A stretch of DNA of 52,563 nucleotides, from positions 1-52,563 of the forward strand of contig JBFXBJ010000001.1 of the NCBI GenBank assembly GCA_050183395.1, in the 5' to 3' direction. The translations under genes were made by a program, and so were the position numbers. The notes under the pieces are model-generated. The model was given only the letters and a program-made list of their open reading frames with translations, was not told the DNA's origin and searched no databases. Positions 34,417-44,022 of the stretch are shown in pieces; within the stretch, counting starts at the first letter, position 1; each line of letters begins with the position of its first letter. The stretch is from Planctomycetaceae bacterium (GTDB lineage: Bacteria; Planctomycetota; Planctomycetia; Planctomycetales; Planctomycetaceae).

Positions 34417-36066
34417 TCATCCGTTCGCGGGGCGTTCGCCCAGTCGTCGGGCCTGCTCGCGGAGGACGTACTTCTGAATCTTGCCGGTCGAGGTCTTGGG
34501 CAGAGGGCCGAAGATGACCGTGCGCGGGCATTTGAAGTGGGCCATCTGCTCGCGGCACCAGGAGATCAGCTCGTCAGCCGTCAACATCCCGTCGGCGTCA
34601 GATTTCAATGCGACGAACGCACAGGGGGTCTCGCCCCAATTATCGTCCGGACGGGCCACGACGGCCGCTTCGAGCACCTGCGGGTGCCGGTACAAGAGTT
34701 CCTCCACTTCCAGACTCGAAATGTTCTCGCCGCCGGAAATGATGATGTCCTTCGCCCGGTCCTTGATCTCCGCATAGTAGTCCGGATGCATCACCGCCAG
34801 ATCGCCGCTGTGGAACCATCCGCCGGCGAACGCTTCCGCCGTCGCCGCTTCATTCTTGAGATATCCCATCATGACCGTGTTGCCGCACATGACCAGTTCG
34901 CCGATCGCCTGACCGTCATCCGGCAAATCCGCGCCCGTTTGCGGGTCGACGACCTTGTGATCGTTGATCGTGAGACACGGCACGCCCTGGCGACCCATCT
35001 TCTTCATCCGCTCCGCCGAATCGAGATCGTCCCATATCGTCTGCCATTCACACCAGTGCGACGGTCCGTAAACCTCCGTCAGCCCGTACAGGTGGGAGAC
35101 GCGAAAGCCCAGCGCCTCCATGCCCGAGATCACGCGGCTGGGAGGCGCCGCCCCGCCGGTGGCGATGCTGACCGGCCCGTGTGGAAACGTGCGGCGCACG
35201 CCGGCCGGTGCGTTCATCAGCATGTTCAAAACGGTTGGCGCACCGGCCAGATGCGTCACGCGGTGCTCGACGATCAGGGAATAAATCAGCTCCGGATCGA
35301 CTTTTCGCAGGCAAATGTGCGTCCCCCCAGCGGCGGTCACCGCCCACACGCAGCACCAGCCATTGCAGTGGAACATCGGCACCGTCCACAAGTAGATCGG
35401 CGTCTTCGACAACTCAAACGCGATGATCGAACTCAGCGAGTTCAAATAGGCCCCACGATGATGGTACACCACGCCTTTGGGATTCCCCGTGGTGCCGGAC
35501 GTGAAGTTCAGCGAGATCGCCTGCCATTCATCATCCGGGCCGCTCCACTCGTACTCCGCGTCTCCTTCCCTCAGGAATGTTTCGTATTCCAACTCACCGA
35601 TGACCTCCCCTTCGGGTTCCAGCACGTCGTCGAGGCCGATCACGAGCGGCTTGCATGTCATCTGCTTCAGAGCCGCCTGGGCAAGCTCGGCATAGCCGCG
35701 ATCGACGAACAGCACTTTCACTTCGGCGAAATCGAGCATGAAGGCGACGGCGGCCGGGTCGAGCCGCGTGTTGATCGTGTTCAGCACGGCCTGGATCATG
35801 GGCACGCCGAAGTGCAGTTCGATCATCGCGGGGGTGTTGGGAGCGATCACGCAGACCGTGTCCCCCTTGCCGATTCCGCGCCGTGCCAGGGCCGAGGCCA
35901 GTTGCCGGCAGCGCCCGTACAAATCGCCATAGTTGATCCGCCGGTCACCGTGAATCACCGCCGTCCGCCCGGTATAGACCTGAGCCGCACGGCGGAGAAA
36001 CGTGCTGGGAGTGAGCGGCGAATAGTTGGCCGCGCATTTGTCGAGACCGCGATCGTAAGCGGACAT
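34417..36066 (-). CDS. AMP-dependent acyl-CoA synthetase (short/medium-chain type)
   Basis: AMP-binding motifs FTSGTTGNPKGV, YGLTE, GWFHSGD and PKTSTGKIQK. It is divergent from prpBC, so a role in propionate activation is possible but unproven. Confidence 0.85.
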   Translation of the reverse strand: MSAYDRGLDKCAANYSPLTPSTFLRRAAQVYTGRTAVIHGDRRINYGDLYGRCRQLASALARRGIGKGDTVCVIAPNTPAMIELHFGVPMIQAVLNTINTRLDPAAVAFMLDFAEVKVLFVDRGYAELAQAALKQMTCKPLVIGLDDVLEPEGEVIGELEYETFLREGDAEYEWSGPDDEWQAISLNFTSGTTGNPKGVVYHHRGAYLNSLSSIIAFELSKTPIYLWTVPMFHCNGWCCVWAVTAAGGTHICLRKVDPELIYSLIVEHRVTHLAGAPTVLNMLMNAPAGVRRTFPHGPVSIATGGAAPPSRVISGMEALGFRVSHLYGLTEVYGPSHWCEWQTIWDDLDSAERMKKMGRQGVPCLTINDHKVVDPQTGADLPDDGQAIGELVMCGNTVMMGYLKNEAATAEAFAGGWFHSGDLAVMHPDYYAEIKDRAKDIIISGGENISSLEVEELLYRHPQVLEAAVVARPDDNWGETPCAFVALKSDADGMLTADELISWCREQMAHFKCPRTVIFGPLPKTSTGKIQKYVLREQARRLGERPANG

Positions 36067-36206
36067 GCGTTCCCTACCCTGTGCTGCGTGGGGTCTGTTG
36101 CTGAGACGAGCCGAGAGGATTGAGCGGCCGCCAGTCTACCTTGAGAATCGCCGCGGCTTCCAGCATGATGTCGGTGATGATCGAAAGGTCCGCTTTCCAC
36201 ACTGAC

Positions 36207-37103
36207 ATGACACAGCACCCCTCTCCCGGACTCCGTTTCCGCGACGCCGTCGCGGCCGAGCGGCCGCTCCAGGTCGTCGGTACCGTGAATGCCTATTGCG
36301 CTCTCCTTGCGGAACGGGCCGGGTTCCGCGCGCTTTATCTTTCGGGCGCCGGCGTGGCGAATGCGTCCTTCGGTCTGCCGGACCTGGCGGTGACGACACT
36401 TAATGACGTCGTCGAGGACGCCCGGCGAATCACCGGGCGCACCGAGTTGCCGCTCCTGGTCGATTGCGACACCGGCTGGGGGAGCCCTTTGACCATCGCC
36501 CGGACAGTTCGCGAGATGATTCGCACCGGTGTCGCGGCGATCCATCTCGAAGATCAGGTCGACACGAAGCGGTGCGGCCATCGTCCGGGAAAGCAGGTGG
36601 TCTCCACACAGACGATGGCCGACCGGCTCGCCGCCGCAGCCGACGCCCGCACCGATGACGCTTTCGTCCTCATGGCCCGCACTGACGCGGCGGCCACGGA
36701 AGGCGTGGATCGGGCGATTGAACGGGCCGTCCGCTATGTCGAGGCGGGCGCCGACATGATCTTCGCCGAAGCGCTGGCCAACCTCGATCAGTTTCGGCGC
36801 TTCACGCAGAGCGTCCCGGTCCCGGTCCTCGCCAACATGACGGAGTTCGGCCGCACGCCGCTCTCCACGCTCACCGAACTCAACGACGCCGGCGTGCGTC
36901 TCGTGTTGTACCCGCTGACTGCCTTCCGCGCCATGAGCGCAGCGGCCCGGGACGTGTATACAACCCTGCGTTCCGTCGGCGTGCAATCTGCGCTGCTGGA
37001 CCGGCTGCAGACGCGCGAGGAACTCTACGACGTCCTGAATTATCACCACTTTGAACAGCAACTCTCTCAATTCTCCACGGAGACAGAAGCCGATGAGCAG
37101 TAA
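36207..37103 (+). CDS. prpB: methylisocitrate lyase
   Basis: LYLSGAGVA, VDCDTGWG, IHLEDQVDTKRCGHRPGK, and EADMIFAEAL-type motifs. It is followed by and overlaps prpC. Start taken at ATG 36207. Confidence 0.85.
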   Translation: MTQHPSPGLRFRDAVAAERPLQVVGTVNAYCALLAERAGFRALYLSGAGVANASFGLPDLAVTTLNDVVEDARRITGRTELPLLVDCDTGWGSPLTIARTVREMIRTGVAAIHLEDQVDTKRCGHRPGKQVVSTQTMADRLAAAADARTDDAFVLMARTDAAATEGVDRAIERAVRYVEAGADMIFAEALANLDQFRRFTQSVPVPVLANMTEFGRTPLSTLTELNDAGVRLVLYPLTAFRAMSAAARDVYTTLRSVGVQSALLDRLQTREELYDVLNYHHFEQQLSQFSTETEADEQ

Positions 37104-38214
37104 CGCGTCCACCCGCGGATTGGCCGGCGTTGTCGCCGGCGAAACCGCCCTCAGCACCGTCGGCAAGGAAGGCGCCGGCCTGACCTACCGGGGCTACTCG
37201 ATCGAGGATCTGTCCGAGCATGCGACGTTTGAGGAGGTCGCGTATCTGCTGATCGAAGGCGATCTGCCGAATCAAGGGCAACTGAGCCAACTGCGGTCGC
37301 GGCTGATGGGTTACCGCGAACTCCCGCAGGCGCTTCGGAGCGGATTAGAGTTGATCCCCGCCGAGGCCCATCCGATGGACGTGCTGCGGACGGGGTGTTC
37401 GCTCCTCGGCTGCCTGGAGCCGGAAGAGTCGTTCAATGAGCAGACAGCCGCGACGGAGCGGCTGCTTTCGGCGTTTCCGTCGATGCTCGCGTACTGGCAT
37501 CATTACCGGACCACCGGCCGGCGGATCGACACCCAGACGGACGAGCCGGGGGTCGCGGGACATTTCCTGCGGCTGTTGCATGGACGCGCCCCGTCAAAGG
37601 AGCACGAGCGCGCGATGGACGTCTCGCTGATCCTGTATGCCGAGCACGAATTTAACGCCTCGACGTTTGTCGCGCGGATCACGGCGTCGACGCTGTCGGA
37701 CATTCATTCAGCGATCACCGCCGCCATCGGCACGCTCCGCGGCCCGCTGCACGGGGGAGCGAACGAAGCGGCCATGGAGTTGATTCAGCGCTTTGAAACC
37801 GCGGAAGCCGCCGAAGCGGGGATCATGCAGGCGCTGGCCCGCAAGGACAAAATCATGGGTTTCGGTCACCGCGTCTACCGCGACTGTGACCCGCGTTCGG
37901 ACATCATCCAGCAGTGGGCCCGGCGGCTGGGCGAGCAGTGCGGCGACCGGCGACTGTATCCGGTCTCCGAACGCATTCATGCGGTCATGCAGCGCGAGAA
38001 GAAGCTGTTTCCGAACCTCGACTTTTACAGTGCGTCGGCGTACCACTTCCTCGGTGTGCCGACCGAACTGTTCACGCCGCTGTTCGTCTTCTCCCGCACC
38101 GCCGGCTGGGCCGCGCACATCATGGAACAACGCGCCGATAACCGTCTCATCCGCCCCAGCGCCGATTACACGGGCCCCGCCCCCCGCCCATTCGTGCCGA
38201 TCGACAGGCGTTGA
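37093..38214 (+). CDS. prpC: 2-methylcitrate synthase (citrate synthase family)
   Basis: GLAGVVAGETALS, LYAEHEFNAST, GPLHGGANE and MGFGHRVY. ATG 37093 overlaps the prpB stop by 11 nt. Confidence 0.85.
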   Translation: MSSNASTRGLAGVVAGETALSTVGKEGAGLTYRGYSIEDLSEHATFEEVAYLLIEGDLPNQGQLSQLRSRLMGYRELPQALRSGLELIPAEAHPMDVLRTGCSLLGCLEPEESFNEQTAATERLLSAFPSMLAYWHHYRTTGRRIDTQTDEPGVAGHFLRLLHGRAPSKEHERAMDVSLILYAEHEFNASTFVARITASTLSDIHSAITAAIGTLRGPLHGGANEAAMELIQRFETAEAAEAGIMQALARKDKIMGFGHRVYRDCDPRSDIIQQWARRLGEQCGDRRLYPVSERIHAVMQREKKLFPNLDFYSASAYHFLGVPTELFTPLFVFSRTAGWAAHIMEQRADNRLIRPSADYTGPAPRPFVPIDRR

Positions 38215-38383
38215 ACCGGGTCGGCAGAACATTCCCGTGTACGACGGCAAACCGCTTGCTTGCAACTTGCCGCACACCTCACAATGGAACATGGAGCGCT
38301 AGGACACGAAGCGATGCCGGCCCGTGCGGGGGTCCCAGGCGTCCGTCGTGATCGATGGTTTTGTAAGACAACGGGATTCCTTC

Positions 38384-41359
38384 ATGCGTCAGACTCTCCA
38401 AGTGACGGCACTGTGCCTGGCCGCCTGCTGTGCCTTTGCCGGCGACACACCGAACGATGAAACGGCACGTCCGTTCGGCTTGGAGAAGCGCGAACCCTGG
38501 ACGACGTCGCGAGTCGTCGGCACGCCGGAGCCGCCGCCGCCTTACACGGTCGCACGCATTTATCCGCAGCTCACATTCAAGAATCCGGTGTTCATCGCCC
38601 AGGAGCCGGGAACCAACCGCATCCTGGTGGGAGAACTCGACGGCAAGATCGTCGCCTTTCCCAAAGACAACGCCACCCCCGAAGCCGTTCAGGTGTTCCT
38701 CGAAACCAAGCGGCAGATGTACGCCTTTTCGTTTCACCCGGACTATGAAACAAACGGGCAGATCTTCGTCTTCAGTCCCACGGAGCCGGGAATCAAGGCG
38801 GAGGACCAGCTCAGCCGCGTCTCGCGGTTCACGGCGAGCTTGGAGCAACCCCGGTCAGCCCGTGCGGACAGCGAAGAGATCATCATCGAATGGACAGCCG
38901 GCGGGCATAACGGGGGTGAGGCGATCGTTGGCCCGGACGGTTATCTCTACATCTGCACCGGCGACGGGACCGGCACTTCGGACCTCAATAGCACCGGCCA
39001 GGGGGTCAATGACTTGTTTTCGGTCATGCTGCGGATCGACGTCGACCATCCCGATGCAGGCCGCGCGTACTCCATTCCGCCTGACAATCCGTTCATTCAC
39101 TTTCCCGGCGCCCGGCCGGAGGTGTGGGCCCACGGGTTTCGCAATCCGTGGCGAATCAGCTTCGACAATGCCGGGCGGCTGTGGTGCGGGGACGTGGGTC
39201 AGGATCTGTGGGAGATGATCTGGCTCGTCGAGAAAGGGGGCAACTACGGCTGGAGCGTGCAGGAAGGGAACCATCCGTTTCACCAACACAAGCAGCAAGG
39301 CCCCGGCCCCATCCTGCCGCCGGTCGTCGAACATCATCACACCGTCTGCCGGTCCATCACCGGCGGATACGTCTACGAAGGCGAGAAGCTGCCTGAACTC
39401 AAGGGAATGTACTTCTACGGCGACTACGAGTACGGCATGATCTGGGGATTTCGCTACGACGGTCAAAAGGCGGTCGATTGGCAGGTGCTCGCCGACACAC
39501 CGCTGCGGATTCCGACTTTCGGCGTGACGCGGGACGGGGAAATCCTGGTGGTCGACCACCTCACCGGGGAACTCTACGAACTGGTGAAGTCCCCGACGGC
39601 CGATGCCGCGAGCCCATTTCCACGAAAGCTCAGTGAAACGGGATTGTTCGCCTCGGTGGCGGACCACACCCTCGCTGCGGGAGTGATCCCTTACTCCGTC
39701 AATACGCCTCAATGGATCGATGGGGCAGTCAAGGAACGGTTCGTCGGCTTGCCTCGCGAGTCGCAGATCACGTTTACCGAATCCAGCGGAAACGCGAGCA
39801 CATGGGGCTTCGAGGACGGGACGGTTGCCGCGGAAACGATTTCGCTCGACATGGAGGCCGACAACCCCGCCTCTCGAAAGCGGCTGGAGACACGGATCAT
39901 CGTCAAACAGCAAAATCACTGGCTCGGCTACACATACCTGTGGAACGACGAACAGACCGACGCCGCGCTGGTGGACGCTGGCGGCCGCGATCTCACACTG
40001 AACATCGCCGACGCCGATGCACCGGGAGGCAATCGGCAACAAACATGGCACGTCCCCAGCCGCAACGAATGCATGGTCTGCCACTCACGGGCCGCGGCGT
40101 TCGTGCTGGGCTTGCGGACCCTCCAGATGAACAGGATGCACGACTACGGCGGCATCGAGGACAACCAGCTTCGCGCGTTCGACCACGCCGGCATGTTTAC
40201 GGAGCCGCTGACGAAGCCGCCGAGTGAATATCCGGCGTTGCCGAATCCCTACGACCAGTCGGCGGATGTCGATGCACGGGCCAGGGCGTATCTGCACGTC
40301 AATTGCTCCGTGTGCCACGTCGACAGCGGCGGCGGCAACTCGAAGATGGTCCTGACGCACGGCACTCCGATCGCCGACACCAAACTTGTCAATGAGAAGC
40401 CGATTCACGGCGACTTCGGCCTCGCGGATGCGCAGATCGTAACGCCCGGAGATCCGTTCGCCTCCGTTCTGTTTTACCGCATCTCCAAGCTCGGCCGCGG
40501 ACACATGCCGCTCGTCGGCACAAACCTGACCGACACACAGGGAGTCGAACTGTTCCACCAGTGGATCCTCAACCTGCCGTCCGGCGAGGAAGAGGTCGAA
40601 GCTGCCACACGGGAGGAACAGGGCGACTTTCTGGCGGTCGTCGCGTCGCTCCAGGATGCGCCGTCCGCCGCGCAGCAGCGGGAACAACTCGATCAACTGT
40701 TGTCGTCAACGCGCGGCGCCTTGCAACTGTCCCGGGCGGTGGCGATCGCCCCGCTTTCCGCATCGTTGAAGTCCGAAGCGGTCGCACGGGCGGTCGCCCA
40801 CTCCGATAACAACGTCCGCGATCTGTTCGAGCAGTTCATCCCCGAGAGCCAACGCACCAAACGGCTGGGCGACAACGTGGATGTCGCCGCTCTGCTGGAA
40901 ATGCCGGGGGACTGGGCCCAGGGACGCGAGCTGTTCCTGAACGCGGCCGGCCTCCAGTGCAAAACCTGTCACGCCGTCCATCAGGTGGGAGGAACGCTCG
41001 GTCCGGAATTGGGCCAGATCGGGAAGAAGTACAAGCGTCACGAACTGCTCGAGTCGCTCCTCGATCCATCCAAAACAATCGACCCCAAATTTGCGACGCA
41101 CGTGCTGGTCACGACGGCCGGAAAAGTGCTGACCGGAATTCTCGTCGAAAGAACCGAGGAGCAGGTCGTCCTCAAGGTCTTCACCGACGGCAAGGCGGAG
41201 GAAGTCCGCATCGCAACGGACGATGTCGACGAAATGTTGCCGCAGAAGAAATCGCTGATGCCCGATCGTCTGCTGCGCGACTTGACGCCCCAACAAGCGG
41301 CCGATCTGCTGGCGTTTCTCAGTTCGTTGACGGAGGACCCCTCCGTCGGCGGTCATTGA
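38384..41359 (+). CDS. PQQ-type (soluble glucose/sorbosone dehydrogenase-like) beta-propeller fused to c-type cytochrome domains
   Basis: Signal peptide; FSFHPDYETNGQIFVF, GHNGGEAIVGPDGYLYICTGDG and GFRNPWRISFD. Three CxxCH motifs are present (CMVCH, CSVCH, CKTCH). Confidence 0.85.
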   Translation: MRQTLQVTALCLAACCAFAGDTPNDETARPFGLEKREPWTTSRVVGTPEPPPPYTVARIYPQLTFKNPVFIAQEPGTNRILVGELDGKIVAFPKDNATPEAVQVFLETKRQMYAFSFHPDYETNGQIFVFSPTEPGIKAEDQLSRVSRFTASLEQPRSARADSEEIIIEWTAGGHNGGEAIVGPDGYLYICTGDGTGTSDLNSTGQGVNDLFSVMLRIDVDHPDAGRAYSIPPDNPFIHFPGARPEVWAHGFRNPWRISFDNAGRLWCGDVGQDLWEMIWLVEKGGNYGWSVQEGNHPFHQHKQQGPGPILPPVVEHHHTVCRSITGGYVYEGEKLPELKGMYFYGDYEYGMIWGFRYDGQKAVDWQVLADTPLRIPTFGVTRDGEILVVDHLTGELYELVKSPTADAASPFPRKLSETGLFASVADHTLAAGVIPYSVNTPQWIDGAVKERFVGLPRESQITFTESSGNASTWGFEDGTVAAETISLDMEADNPASRKRLETRIIVKQQNHWLGYTYLWNDEQTDAALVDAGGRDLTLNIADADAPGGNRQQTWHVPSRNECMVCHSRAAAFVLGLRTLQMNRMHDYGGIEDNQLRAFDHAGMFTEPLTKPPSEYPALPNPYDQSADVDARARAYLHVNCSVCHVDSGGGNSKMVLTHGTPIADTKLVNEKPIHGDFGLADAQIVTPGDPFASVLFYRISKLGRGHMPLVGTNLTDTQGVELFHQWILNLPSGEEEVEAATREEQGDFLAVVASLQDAPSAAQQREQLDQLLSSTRGALQLSRAVAIAPLSASLKSEAVARAVAHSDNNVRDLFEQFIPESQRTKRLGDNVDVAALLEMPGDWAQGRELFLNAAGLQCKTCHAVHQVGGTLGPELGQIGKKYKRHELLESLLDPSKTIDPKFATHVLVTTAGKVLTGILVERTEEQVVLKVFTDGKAEEVRIATDDVDEMLPQKKSLMPDRLLRDLTPQQAADLLAFLSSLTEDPSVGGH

Positions 41360-41477
41360 GCCGCCGGAGAAATCGCAACGGCTCCAAACCTGTTCCCGCT
41401 CGGCTCCTGCTTCGATTCCTGCTGCAGATCAGGCATTGGACGTCCCGTACTGGGATTGCGGACGGCACCTGCCGGGG

Positions 41478-42248
41478 CTATTCCTTCGCTCGCCGCCGCT
41501 TGAGTTCCTCCCGAATCCATTGCCGGTCCTCGCGGCTGAGATCGGTCATCGCGAACTCGACTGCTTTGCCGTCCTCCGCACTTTCCAGCCGGACAAGGTT
41601 GTCCTTAAACTCGATGAACTTGGCCGAGGGCGCCAACACGCGGCCCTCCGCGTCGGTCCACTCGCGTACGGCGGCATTTGAACCGGCGCCGGCCTGCTTC
41701 GCCTGATCGTCCTGTTGCCGCGCCGCGTAGAACGCATCAAACCGGTCCCCGTCCAGCACGAGGACCGCTTGCTTGCCGCCCGCCGCGGTCGTGATCTCAG
41801 AAGTCTCCTGAATCACCACCGGATGCCGCAGCACAAACTCGGCGCCCTCGGAGACGTTCTTCAAATCGAACCCGCGGACGAGCATGGCGTCCGCGTTGCG
41901 GAATTTGGGCACCACCAGGCACTCCTTCTCGTTCACCTTGTCGAGCACGCGAAAAGTGCACGTGGCACAACCCCAATCGCCGACTTTGAACGCCGTCGGC
42001 TTCTTAACCGCCAACGTGCCGGCAAACTCGCTCTTCCGCCCCGGATCCCACCGCTCGTCAGCGCTCAACAACTCAGGGCGGGCGATCGGCTGCTTGGGGA
42101 TAATTGGCCCGAAGTCGCCTCCATCCCGCTTGAGATCCTCGAACCGCGCGCCGGCTCCCGTGCTGTCAATCCCCAGGACACCGGTTTGTCCGCAGCAAGC
42201 GGTCGCCGCCAAGGTTACAATTGTTGTGGAAAGCAGAATCGCCTTCAT
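41478..42248 (-). CDS. secreted protein with a C-terminal SHD1-like domain
   Basis: Signal peptide MKAILLSTTIVTLAATA. The C-terminal REWTDAEGRVLAPSAKFIEFKDNLVRLESAEDGKAVEFAMTDLSREDRQWI follows the SHD1 pattern common in Planctomycetota. Confidence 0.7.
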   Translation of the reverse strand: MKAILLSTTIVTLAATACCGQTGVLGIDSTGAGARFEDLKRDGGDFGPIIPKQPIARPELLSADERWDPGRKSEFAGTLAVKKPTAFKVGDWGCATCTFRVLDKVNEKECLVVPKFRNADAMLVRGFDLKNVSEGAEFVLRHPVVIQETSEITTAAGGKQAVLVLDGDRFDAFYAARQQDDQAKQAGAGSNAAVREWTDAEGRVLAPSAKFIEFKDNLVRLESAEDGKAVEFAMTDLSREDRQWIREELKRRRAKE

Positions 42249-42621
42249 GTCTTGTCTCCTGAGCGCAGGCCTGAATCTCCACCTCTAATTTAGCCGAGGA
42301 GCACCGTTCGATCCACCTATGCCACTGCTGCCGCCCCGGTGCTGAGGACTATTTCAATCTGGGTAACACTCTCGCCCCATGCGGCGGCGAAGGGCGAACG
42401 GCGAACCCGTGTCCGTCCCGTCACTGACGCTCCAGGCTCGAATGACGTGCGTCATGGCGGTCCTTGTTCACTGTGAAACAGTTATCGGGCCTGGGAACTG
42501 GCCGGGCAGTTCCCTCGCCGCAGGCACTCAGCGCCGAAAAACGACGCCCAAAGTATTGAATACCCGCCAACATCCCCTGGTGACGCGTTTGCATCGCCGA
42601 AAACACGGCTACGGAGTTGCT

Positions 42622-42916
42622 GCACTCTCCCGAGTCGGGATGCACTCGCGATTGATGGCGAGTCCGGGCCGTGCGGGCCGCACCGCGGAACCCGCTCCCT
42701 TGAGGGAGGGAGATTCTGAGCGGGAGCGAAGAATCGGCGCGATGCGTGTTGGCGGTGCCGCGCTCCCATCCCGCCGCCCCTCACCTGGTTCGACGTTGAG
42801 ACGTCGAACCCGTCCGCTCCCACAAGGGGAGGGGACTCCGTCCCCAGGAAGAGGACGTCTGCCGCAATCCGTGCGTGTGCCCCTGCCCCGGCGCGGCTTC
42901 CACGCATCATTGACAG
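42622..42916 (+). repeat. dispersed multi-hairpin repeat, copy B (partner at 18066-18386)
   Basis: Same orientation and hairpin order as copy A. It lies in the 775-nt divergent intergenic region upstream of the CHAD gene. Confidence 0.8.
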
Positions 42917-43023
42917 GCAGGCAGTGATGGAGAAGATGGAGGTGTCGCGGGAAAGGAGTGAGGCGCCCGCCGGACAACTTCCAGCCGATGGGATGAGGCA
43001 GTTCAGGACCGTGATGCATCAAC

Positions 43024-43980
43024 ATGCCTTATCGATTTCGGCGTCGGGAGACGGTTGTCGCGGGCGTGCGACGGATCGCTCGTGAACAGATTGACGCCGC
43101 GCTCGCAGCCATCCGGGACGACGACCTGGATCCGCATGAGGCGGTCCATCAGGTCCGCCAGCGGTGCAAGAGAGTGCGGGGTCTGCTGCGGCTCGTGCGA
43201 CCGCAGATCGGGAACACCTATCACCAGGAAAACGCCTTTTTTCGTGACGCAGCCGCGGGACTTTCCAGCCTGCGTGATGCCCAGTCGATGATCGAGTGTT
43301 TCGACCGGCAGCTTGCACACGTCCGCGGCGGGCGGAAGCGTCAATCGTTCGCATCGATTGGGACGCAACTGAGACGGCGGCGCGATCGGATCGCCCGGGA
43401 GGAAGGGGACGTCCGCATTCGTTTGAAGCACTTTAAGAGGCAAATGCGTGACGCCAAACCGCGGATTGACGAATGGTCGCTCCCGGTTGACGAGTTTGAG
43501 GCGATCGCGGGGGGATTCGAGCAGACGTATCGTCTTGCACAGGAGTTTCTTGAACGGGCCTATGCGGACCCCAGTGCGGAGAACTTCCATGAGTGGCGAA
43601 AGCACGTGAAGTACCACGGCTATCATTGCCGGCTGCTGCGCGGGATCTGGCCCGCGATGTTGGACGTCTTTCGCGAAGCGGCTGACTGTCTGGGAGAGTG
43701 GGTGGGGGAAGATCACGATCTGGCGATGATCCGCCGGACGGTGCTCGATGCGCCCGATGATTTCGGAAAGCCGACGACGATCGAGGCTCTCCTGTTGCTC
43801 ATCGACCGCCGCCGTTGTCAGTTGCAGACTCAGGCGCGGCCGGTCGGCCTCCGGATGTTTGCGCATGACCCAACCGCCGTCGCACAATGGTTTGCAGATT
43901 GCTGGGGAATCTGGCGAAACGGGAGAACGCAAGCCTGTCAGCTTGCCCGCCTGCCCCTGCCCCTCGCCATCGCCCGCTGA
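43024..43980 (+). CDS. CHAD domain protein
   Basis: Repeated conserved-histidine helices (HQVRQRCKRVRGLLRL and HEWRKHVKYHGYHCRLL) are typical of CHAD. No CYTH domain is fused. Confidence 0.8.
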   Translation: MPYRFRRRETVVAGVRRIAREQIDAALAAIRDDDLDPHEAVHQVRQRCKRVRGLLRLVRPQIGNTYHQENAFFRDAAAGLSSLRDAQSMIECFDRQLAHVRGGRKRQSFASIGTQLRRRRDRIAREEGDVRIRLKHFKRQMRDAKPRIDEWSLPVDEFEAIAGGFEQTYRLAQEFLERAYADPSAENFHEWRKHVKYHGYHCRLLRGIWPAMLDVFREAADCLGEWVGEDHDLAMIRRTVLDAPDDFGKPTTIEALLLLIDRRRCQLQTQARPVGLRMFAHDPTAVAQWFADCWGIWRNGRTQACQLARLPLPLAIAR

Positions 43981-44022
43981 CGAAATCCGGGGGGCGACCG
44001 TCGATCGGAACAGGTCCACCGA

